64,000 nt of DNA, taken from contig OZ220696.1 of assembly GCA_965116495.1 (NCBI GenBank), positions 384,001-448,000 on the forward strand, given 5' to 3'. The position numbers and the translations under genes were made by a program. The notes beneath the pieces were generated by a model, which was not told the origin of the DNA, made no database searches, and worked only from the letters and a program-made list of their open reading frames with translations. Positions 56,636-64,000 of the stretch are shown in pieces (position 1 is the stretch's first letter; each line of letters starts with the position of its first letter). The DNA comes from Gammaproteobacteria bacterium. Its GTDB lineage: Bacteria; Pseudomonadota; Gammaproteobacteria; Eutrophobiales; Eutrophobiaceae.

Positions 56636-58921
56636 ATGAAAAATCAAGATTGTCGTTCAGTCAACAAGATCCATTATATTCTACCCGTCAGCCTGCTCAT
56701 TTTGCTGTTCGGAATTACACCGGTAGCGCAGTCCCAGATCGAAGAGATCGTGGTGACCGCCACCAAGCGCGGTGACACGTTGATCCAGGACATACCCCTG
56801 TCCGTGCAGGCGATCAGCGGGGACAGCCTACAGGAAGCAGGGGCGCTGGACTTCAACGATTTTTTCCGCCAGGTGCCGGGTTTGAGTGCCGTCGACCAGG
56901 GGCCCGGTGACAAGCGCTACAACATACGCGGCATCAACTCGGCCGGCGCCGGTACCGTGGGTCTGTATTTCGATGAAATCGTCGTTACCGGCAACATGCT
57001 GACAGCGGCCGGCGGGCGCTCAATTGACGTCAGGCTGTTCGATATGGACCGTATCGAGGTGCTGAAAGGGCCTCAGGGAACCACCTTCGGCTCCAGTTCC
57101 CTTTCCGGTGCGATCAGGTGGATACCTGCTTACCCCGATATGAGCCAGGCCTCCATGGACGTCGGCGCGGGGTTCAGTTCCACCCGCCACTCGGACGGCC
57201 TCGGTTACACGGTCGATGCAATGGTCAACATACCCATCGTCAAGGACAGGGTGGCACTCAGGTTTGCCGGGATAAAGATTGATAACGATGGTTATATCGA
57301 CGATCAGTGGAGGAAAGACGGCAATGACGATGACACCGAAGCCCTGCGCGGCATACTGGCTGTACAGGTGACGGATAATCTGAAATTTTCGGTGTTGGGC
57401 ATGCACCAGGATGCAAGGACTAATGCCAGGGCCGGGTGGATGGACCAGTTGATCGATCTTCCCGTAAGCCCGACACTCAACGGCGGTCCAACGCCTACCA
57501 AGTATTACAACACGGATATGTCCGACGCCAGCTTTGATGACGAGACCGACATGTACAACGTCAAGTTTGAATATGACCCGGAGTGGGGCAATGTGCTTTT
57601 CACATCATCCATGATGCAGCGGGATACATACTCCAGACGGGACGCCTCTGCCGAGATTGAGATTATCACCCGCCTGTCTTTTCCTGCTGACGGCACCGGA
57701 CAGTCTTTTATTGTTCAGCCCCAGAATCGCGAGTTATTCACCAATGAAATCCGCTTTGCTTCCAGTTGGGACAGTCCTTTTCAGTTATTGCTTGGCGGAT
57801 TTCGCCAGTCGGAAGAACGTTTCTTCAGGAGCAAGGTGATAACGGTAGACCCGGTGAGCGGCAGGGTCACACCTGAGTCAATTTCGTTGTTGGACCGCAC
57901 AGTGGACACCTCGGTTGATGAGAAAGCGTTATTCGGCGAGTTGTCCTGGGACATTACGGAACGGCTGAATGTGACGGGCGGTTTCCGCTGGTTTGATTTC
58001 GAGTTATCAGAAATCGCCGCAGCGGTGACCGGCTTTCCGGGCAGGCCCGGCACCGGCCCCGGCCCGGAACTTGCATTTGGCGAAAAGGACATCATTTTCA
58101 AGGCGAATGTCTCCATGGATATCACTGATGACGTATTGGCCTACTTCCAGTTTGCCCAGGGATTCCGCTCCGGCGGGCCGAACGACCAGACGGCAGCCAG
58201 TATCGCCGGCGTCACCATTCCCGCGGGGTTTGGTTCCGACTCGGTGGACAGCTATGAAGTCGGGTTCAAAAGTGAATGGGCGGATAGTAAATTCATTTTT
58301 AATGGTTCCTTTTACTATCTTGACTGGACGGATATACAGGCCCGGCAACAGGCAACCGCTCCCGGTGGGCTGACTTTCTCTTACCGGGGAAATGGAGGTA
58401 CCGCGGAAGTCCTCGGGGTTGAACTGCAAGCCCAGGTACATCCTGCTGAAGGACTGTCTTTCGGCGCTACGTTTAACTACAGCGATGCGGAACTGACCGC
58501 GGACGCGCCCATACCGAGCAATGGGATGGATGGCGATCAAATCCCCCACGTGCCGGAAACCACCTTCAGCTTGAACGGCCGTTATGAACTACCCCTGGGG
58601 TGGGCCGGCTGGACCGGGTTTGTCGGTGGTGATTTTTCCTGGGTGGATGAACAGACCAATGAATTGAGGCCGACCTTTATCACTTATCGTGAGATGGACA
58701 GTTATTCCGTTCTAAACCTGAGAGCCGGTGTTAACGGCTCTGGCTGGTCTGCGGTGGTGAGCCTGGACAACGTGCTGGATGAGGACGAAACCCTGGCTTA
58801 TATCTTTAACGGTGGCAATCAGCCGTCCCGGCTTGGCTTACCTGGGTGGGTCCCCCCGGGAATGGTCCGTCCCTGGCCGCGCATGGTTTCTTTAACAGTG
58901 CGTAAATCGTTTGATTTTTAA
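56636..58921 (+). CDS. TonB-dependent receptor
   Basis: IEEIVVTATKR, RIEVLKGPQGT, C-terminal RKSFDF. Confidence 0.95.
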   Translation: MKNQDCRSVNKIHYILPVSLLILLFGITPVAQSQIEEIVVTATKRGDTLIQDIPLSVQAISGDSLQEAGALDFNDFFRQVPGLSAVDQGPGDKRYNIRGINSAGAGTVGLYFDEIVVTGNMLTAAGGRSIDVRLFDMDRIEVLKGPQGTTFGSSSLSGAIRWIPAYPDMSQASMDVGAGFSSTRHSDGLGYTVDAMVNIPIVKDRVALRFAGIKIDNDGYIDDQWRKDGNDDDTEALRGILAVQVTDNLKFSVLGMHQDARTNARAGWMDQLIDLPVSPTLNGGPTPTKYYNTDMSDASFDDETDMYNVKFEYDPEWGNVLFTSSMMQRDTYSRRDASAEIEIITRLSFPADGTGQSFIVQPQNRELFTNEIRFASSWDSPFQLLLGGFRQSEERFFRSKVITVDPVSGRVTPESISLLDRTVDTSVDEKALFGELSWDITERLNVTGGFRWFDFELSEIAAAVTGFPGRPGTGPGPELAFGEKDIIFKANVSMDITDDVLAYFQFAQGFRSGGPNDQTAASIAGVTIPAGFGSDSVDSYEVGFKSEWADSKFIFNGSFYYLDWTDIQARQQATAPGGLTFSYRGNGGTAEVLGVELQAQVHPAEGLSFGATFNYSDAELTADAPIPSNGMDGDQIPHVPETTFSLNGRYELPLGWAGWTGFVGGDFSWVDEQTNELRPTFITYREMDSYSVLNLRAGVNGSGWSAVVSLDNVLDEDETLAYIFNGGNQPSRLGLPGWVPPGMVRPWPRMVSLTVRKSFDF

Positions 58922-58966
58922 GGAAGCCCGAGCTTGACTCGGATTTCTCACAGCATTATCTGATAC

Positions 58967-59000
58967 GCGGACATGGCCGCACTGGTACGGCCATGTCCGC
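58967..59000. terminator. 13-bp perfect hairpin after TBDR (terminator or REP-like)
   Basis: GCGGACATGGCCG / CGGCCATGTCCGC; no U-tract. Confidence 0.45.
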
Positions 59001-59137
59001 AGGGATGAAATTCCGGAAGAAAACCCCACATCCGGCACAGATTATTGAGAATGAGTGTTGAGTCTATGTCAGGATGTGCTACTCTTCAGAGGAGCCTGGA
59101 GTCAGGTTAGATTAAACGTGATTAAGGAGTATGGAAT

Positions 59138-59371
59138 ATGACCAGTATGTTAATGGAACTATATGATGCGCTTATCAGTGCCGGGGCTGCTGATGCAAAG
59201 GCCAGGGCTGCCGCGGCAGTAGTACCCCATGGAAAGGATTTATGCACCAAGCAAGATCTGGATAAAGGTCTGGCTGAACTGTGTGCCGATATGAAAGTCC
59301 TGAAGTTTGCGGTGTTCAGTATGTATCCGTTTATTCTCGCCCTGGTCATCAAGATGTTTTTTTTCACCTGA
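59138..59371 (+). CDS. Small coiled-coil membrane protein (DUF1640/CCDC90-like)
   Basis: AAGGAG upstream; ELYDALISAG...TKQDL...C-terminal TM. Confidence 0.65.
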   Translation: MTSMLMELYDALISAGAADAKARAAAAVVPHGKDLCTKQDLDKGLAELCADMKVLKFAVFSMYPFILALVIKMFFFT

Positions 59372-59382
59372 AAATTCTACAG

Positions 59383-60300
59383 TTATTCTGCTTCTTGAAT
59401 CATCTCCAGAGCCTTCTTGAACAGTTCGCTTTCTCCGTTCGCCAGCGACAGCGCCGTGTCGGCATGGTCCTCTCCCTCCAGCAGGAGGTAATGGGCGTCG
59501 ACACCGGCTGCCTGTAGCGCTTCGGTCATTGCCATGGACGACTCCTGGTACCCCTCTTCAGAGCCGACTGCGACCAGTGCGACGGGTACCGGGTCTGTGA
59601 CGTGCAGTACCGGGCTGGCCTGCTCCCGCAGTTCCGGAGTCGGGGCATAGGCATATACCTCACCGGGTCGGCCCCTGGCGCGTAAATCGTAAGGCCCGCT
59701 CACGGGGATAATGCCTTTAATTATCTCCTTCGGCATACCCATCTCCACCAACCATGCGCGGTCAACACCGATATCGGCAGACAGAATGGCGCCGGCCGAA
59801 TGGCCGCCTACGTAGATGGCTTCAGAGTTGCCGCCGTATTGTCCGATGTTTTCAAATAACCATTTGACGGTGCTTTTTACATCATCCGGCTGGTCCGGAT
59901 AATGCGCGCCGCTGCCGGTCAACCGATAACTGGCAACGGCCGTAATCACTCCTGCTTCGATAAAAGGTTCGGCAACCGAACCGTAATGCGACTTGTCTCC
60001 TTCACGAAAGCCGCCGCCGTGTAGGAACAGAAACACCGGGGCGTTCGACACCTCACCTGCAGGCAGGTAAAGGTCAAGGACCTGTTTTGGATCAGTGCCG
60101 TAGGCCAGGTCCAGGTGATGCGGGAATTGTTCTCTTACCCTCGCCGTATGGTCATTCATGCGGTGATAAAAGCCGGTCCAGTCGATGGTGAAATCATCGG
60201 GGTTCTGCACCGTGTAGTATTGGGACATATCCTGGGCATTTGTGACACCAGTTAAAAACGCCAGCAGGAAAACAAGTATTGGTAGTCTTATTTTCAACAT
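59383..60300 (-). CDS. Exported alpha/beta hydrolase (arylformamidase/HSL-like)
   Basis: HGGGF, GHSAG, EDH; signal peptide. Confidence 0.88.
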   Translation of the reverse strand: MLKIRLPILVFLLAFLTGVTNAQDMSQYYTVQNPDDFTIDWTGFYHRMNDHTARVREQFPHHLDLAYGTDPKQVLDLYLPAGEVSNAPVFLFLHGGGFREGDKSHYGSVAEPFIEAGVITAVASYRLTGSGAHYPDQPDDVKSTVKWLFENIGQYGGNSEAIYVGGHSAGAILSADIGVDRAWLVEMGMPKEIIKGIIPVSGPYDLRARGRPGEVYAYAPTPELREQASPVLHVTDPVPVALVAVGSEEGYQESSMAMTEALQAAGVDAHYLLLEGEDHADTALSLANGESELFKKALEMIQEAE

Positions 60301-60361
60301 CAGTTTATCTCCTTGCAGTTTGTTTTTTTCACCACACAGTATTCACCAGAATGGCATACAA

Positions 60362-61738
60362 TCAGGGAGTATACACTTCTCCACCTTTGATAATAAGGAC
60401 GATTTTGTGTTGCAACAGGGTGATATCCTGCAGCGGGTCGCCGTCCACGATCACCATGTCGGCAAGCTTGCCTGCGGTTACCGTGCCCAGGTCTTTTTCC
60501 ACTCCCTGCATCTGTGCAGGCCGCAATGTGGCGCTCTGGATCACTTCCATGGGCGTCAATCCGGCCCCAAGGTAATGCTGCATCTCCCGGGTCAGGGGGC
60601 TGTGCACATTAAACGGTGCGCCTGCGTCCGTTCCGGCAACGATCTGCTCCCGCCCGCCGGCTGCAATAAATGTTTTCAACTTGCGCTTGGCCACCTTGAT
60701 GCGTTCCGGCGCGCCGATGCCCCAGGGCACCGCGTTCGGGTTGTTCCAGGACCAGCGCAGGTGCGCGTACACCTCTTCAGAATATTGCTGCCTGAAGCGT
60801 GGATGATCCGTGAACTCCGGGAATGCAAACACACGCACGTAGGCATTGCGCATTTCGATAGTCGGCACGATGAACGGCCCGCGCAGAATATTGGCCCGAG
60901 GTCCGGTCGGGACGGGTTTTATTCCGCGTATCATGAGGCGGATATCCTCGTCCTTGTAATCCGATAACGGATCGGCGGTAAACACGTGGTGCATACGGTC
61001 GACGCCAGCCTCGATCGCGGTGCGGTAAGCGTTGATGTGGCGCACGTCGGCGTCCACGCCGAGACCGGCCTCATGGGCCGTGTCCACGATAACCTTGAGT
61101 ATGTGGAGGTCCCAGAAACCGTATACCTTTACCTGGTCGACTCCCAGTTCGATAACGTCCTGTGTGATCTGTTTTGCCTCTTCAGGGGAACCAACCAGGT
61201 AGTCTCTCCTGATATTGGGCTTGTCCGGATCGCGCTGGTGCAGTATGGGGCCTGCCAGGAACAGCCTGGGACCGGGCAACTTGCCTGCTTCGATATCTGC
61301 TTTGAGTGCAAGTTGCTCTTGAATCGGGCCGCCGGTGTCGCGAAAAGTTGTAATGCCTGCCAGCAGTGATGTCCTGGCGACGGCCGCCATGATGGATTGT
61401 GCCTGGGACTTGAACTTTACAGGAAACGACGCCGGGTCTCCCTCGCCGATATGGAATAAGTGCCCGTGTGACTCCCATAACCCCGGCAGGATGGTCATGC
61501 CGTTGACATCCAGTGTTTTTACCCCGTCGGGGATGTTCACCGAATTCACGTCGCCGACCGCGGAAATTCGATCACCGGCAACCAGTACTACGGCATTTTG
61601 CACAGATAAACCGCCATAGCCGTCAACGAGCATACCGCCGCTGATTGCCAGCGTCGGCGCATCTTCTGCAGGCGCCGGCCCGGCAAATACGGCGAGGATG
61701 AGGGAGAATGCAACCAGCATGGAATACCTGTTTTTCAT
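60362..61738 (-). CDS. Exported amidohydrolase
   Basis: Signal peptide; PGLWESHGH, GTDAG, GKLAD. Confidence 0.88.
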   Translation of the reverse strand: MKNRYSMLVAFSLILAVFAGPAPAEDAPTLAISGGMLVDGYGGLSVQNAVVLVAGDRISAVGDVNSVNIPDGVKTLDVNGMTILPGLWESHGHLFHIGEGDPASFPVKFKSQAQSIMAAVARTSLLAGITTFRDTGGPIQEQLALKADIEAGKLPGPRLFLAGPILHQRDPDKPNIRRDYLVGSPEEAKQITQDVIELGVDQVKVYGFWDLHILKVIVDTAHEAGLGVDADVRHINAYRTAIEAGVDRMHHVFTADPLSDYKDEDIRLMIRGIKPVPTGPRANILRGPFIVPTIEMRNAYVRVFAFPEFTDHPRFRQQYSEEVYAHLRWSWNNPNAVPWGIGAPERIKVAKRKLKTFIAAGGREQIVAGTDAGAPFNVHSPLTREMQHYLGAGLTPMEVIQSATLRPAQMQGVEKDLGTVTAGKLADMVIVDGDPLQDITLLQHKIVLIIKGGEVYTP

Positions 61739-61857
61739 GATTACCCCCGGGATAATGTCGTAACCAAGAATAACCCAAAATTCATCCCAGGTCTCACCCC
61801 GTATCGATATAAATCAGTTAAAATCAAAAAACCATTTCGGAACAAGGACATTCAAAC

Positions 61858-64000
61858 ATGTGGCAATTCTGGGTTGATCGCGGCGGCACCTTTACCGATA
61901 TTGTCGCCAAGTCTCCCGACGGCAAATTAATCAGCCATAAGCTGCTCTCGGAAAACCCCGGGCGCTACAGGGATGCGGCGGTCCAGGGTATCCGCGATGT
62001 GCTCGGACTGGCGCCGGGAACCGCCATACCTCCGGACACCATCGAGCATGTCAAGATGGGGACCACCGTCGCCACCAATGCGTTACTTGAACGCAAAGGG
62101 GAACGCACCCTGTTTGTCACCACCCGGGGGTTTGGCGATGCACTGCGCATCGGCTACCAGAACCGTCCGCGCCTGTTTGACCTCCATATCGTGTTGCCGG
62201 CCATGCTTTATGAGCAGGTAATCGAAGTGGACGAACGTGTCGATGCCTGCGGCAAAGTGTTGCGTTCGCTTGATGAGGAACGGGTCAGGGCCGATCTGCA
62301 GGAAGCGTTCGATACGGGTATCAGGGCGGTAGCCGTCGCCTTTATGCATGGCTATCGCTATGCGGTTCACGAACTCAGGGTGGGTGAAATCTGCCGGCAG
62401 ATCGGTTTTACCCGGGTCTCCCTCAGTCATGAGGCCAGTCCCCTGGTGAAACTGGTGTTCCGGGGAGATACGACCGTGGTGGATGCCTACCTGTCTCCCA
62501 TATTGCGCCGTTATGTGCAACAGGTTGCCGATGAACTTGGTATGAAAGATGACGCCCGCGCGCGTCTTATGTTTATGCAATCCAACGGTGGTCTTACCGA
62601 TGCACACCAGTTCCAGGGCAGGGATGCCATATTTTCGGGTCCCGCCGGCGGCGTGGTAGGCATGACCCGTAGCGCGGCGATGAGTGGCTTCCAAAAGCTG
62701 ATCGGGTTTGACATGGGCGGCACCTCAACAGACGTAAGCCATTACGATGGCGAGTATGAGCGCAGCTTCGAGACTGTGGTAGCCGGCGTTCGCCTGCGCG
62801 CGCCGATGATGAATATCCATACCGTGGCGGCGGGCGGTGGTTCCATACTTCAGTTTGACGGCTCCCGATTCAGGGTAGGACCGGAATCCGCAGGAGCAAA
62901 CCCCGGCCCGGCCTGCTACCGGCGCGGCGGCCCGCTGACGGTAACCGATTGCAATCTCATGCTGGGGAAAATACAGCCGGGCTATTTCCCTGCCATTTTC
63001 GGGGCCACCGGCTACGAAAAGCTCGACCGGGGAACCGTAGTGCAGCAGTTTTCCGGCCTGGCCGAACGGGTTTCTGCGGTACAGGGCAAAACCGTCAGGG
63101 CCGAAGAAGTGGCAGAAGGGTTCCTGCGTATTGCCATAGAAAACATGGCCAATGCCATCAAGAAGATTTCGTTGCAGCGCGGTTATGACGTGACGGAATA
63201 CACCCTGAACTGTTTCGGCAGCGCAGCCGGCCAGCACGCCTGTGCGGTGGCGGACACGTTGGGTATGGAGAGTATTTTTCTACACCCATTTGCCGGGGTA
63301 TTGTCCGCTTACGGCATGGGGCTGGCAGAAATTCGGGTGGTGCGAGAAGCACAACTGGGAATTGATTTTGCCGCGGATTCCATAGAGGAAGAGATTGTAG
63401 CCAGTTCCCGGCCATTGACCGCCTCAGCCCGCCGGGCTGTACAGGAGCAAGGTGTGGAAGAGCAAAATATCTCAATTGTCACCAAGGTTCACATACGTTA
63501 CCAGGGCACCGACGCCAGCTTGCAGGTCGATGTGAGCAGCGTTGAGCAAATGCTGTCTGATTTCGAAACCGCACACCGTCAGCGGTTCGGCTTCGTTACC
63601 CGGGAGCGGAGCCTGGTAGTTGAAGCCTTATCCGTGGAAGGCATCGGCGCCACCGAAGTTGAGGTTGATCCGGAGACAGACTCACCCAGGTCTCCACGAG
63701 ACCCGATTGCCCGGGATCATGTAGAGATGTACGGAGCCGGGGAATGGAATGATATTCCCCTGTATCATCGTGCGGATCTGAAACCCGGCCAGGCCGTAGT
63801 TGGACCGGCGATTATTATCGAGGCTACAGGCACAATTATCGTGGAACGGGGCTGGCGCGGCGCGCTGAACCGGCGCGGCCACCTGGTATTGGAGCGTTAC
63901 ATCGAACGGGAACACAGCGAAACAGTGGGCACCGGAGCCGACCCGGTAATGCTCGAAGTATTCAACAACCTGTTCATGTCCATTGCCGAGCAGATGGGTG
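61858..64000 (+). CDS. Fused hydantoinase A/B 5-oxoprolinase (ATP-hydrolysing), 3'-truncated; absent from the ORF track
   Basis: Manual translation [14 protein letters not shown]...SGPAGG...DMGGTS...[20 protein letters not shown] running off the window. Confidence 0.9.
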   Translation, partial: MWQFWVDRGGTFTDIVAKSPDGKLISHKLLSENPGRYRDAAVQGIRDVLGLAPGTAIPPDTIEHVKMGTTVATNALLERKGERTLFVTTRGFGDALRIGYQNRPRLFDLHIVLPAMLYEQVIEVDERVDACGKVLRSLDEERVRADLQEAFDTGIRAVAVAFMHGYRYAVHELRVGEICRQIGFTRVSLSHEASPLVKLVFRGDTTVVDAYLSPILRRYVQQVADELGMKDDARARLMFMQSNGGLTDAHQFQGRDAIFSGPAGGVVGMTRSAAMSGFQKLIGFDMGGTSTDVSHYDGEYERSFETVVAGVRLRAPMMNIHTVAAGGGSILQFDGSRFRVGPESAGANPGPACYRRGGPLTVTDCNLMLGKIQPGYFPAIFGATGYEKLDRGTVVQQFSGLAERVSAVQGKTVRAEEVAEGFLRIAIENMANAIKKISLQRGYDVTEYTLNCFGSAAGQHACAVADTLGMESIFLHPFAGVLSAYGMGLAEIRVVREAQLGIDFAADSIEEEIVASSRPLTASARRAVQEQGVEEQNISIVTKVHIRYQGTDASLQVDVSSVEQMLSDFETAHRQRFGFVTRERSLVVEALSVEGIGATEVEVDPETDSPRSPRDPIARDHVEMYGAGEWNDIPLYHRADLKPGQAVVGPAIIIEATGTIIVERGWRGALNRRGHLVLERYIEREHSETVGTGADPVMLEVFNNLFMSIAEQMG

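Noticed and set aside
61965-63915. Several ORFs listed in the track
   Set aside because: All overlap the unlisted 5-oxoprolinase frame starting at 61858.

Overview
A 64 kb accessory, catabolism-rich region, probably from a proteobacterium (inferred from TonB-dependent receptors and lig-type genes). No rRNA, tRNA or CRISPR was seen. Left to right: (1) an aromatic meta-cleavage cluster (Rieske oxygenase, ligAB-like, divergent pobA-like, ligJ/K/U/R/I, no ligC); (2) an AT-rich insert (spermidine dehydrogenase-like flavoprotein, cupin) bounded by gene remnants; (3) a TBDR/MFS/oxygenase segment carrying an HUH Y1 (RAYT-like) transposase with 25-bp terminal inverted repeats and a graded series of its deletion derivatives; (4) an AhpD-like selenoprotein split at an in-frame UGA; (5) two UbiD decarboxylases, TauD, transporters; (6) four tandem secreted amidohydrolase paralogs; (7) hydantoinase/oxoprolinase genes, a di-heme cytochrome and further TBDR/amidohydrolase genes. 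The strongest candidates for something new are the RAYT element family with its composite cargo insertion and the LigC-less pathway with an active-site-altered PobA. All calls are by-eye motif recognition; no searches were run.
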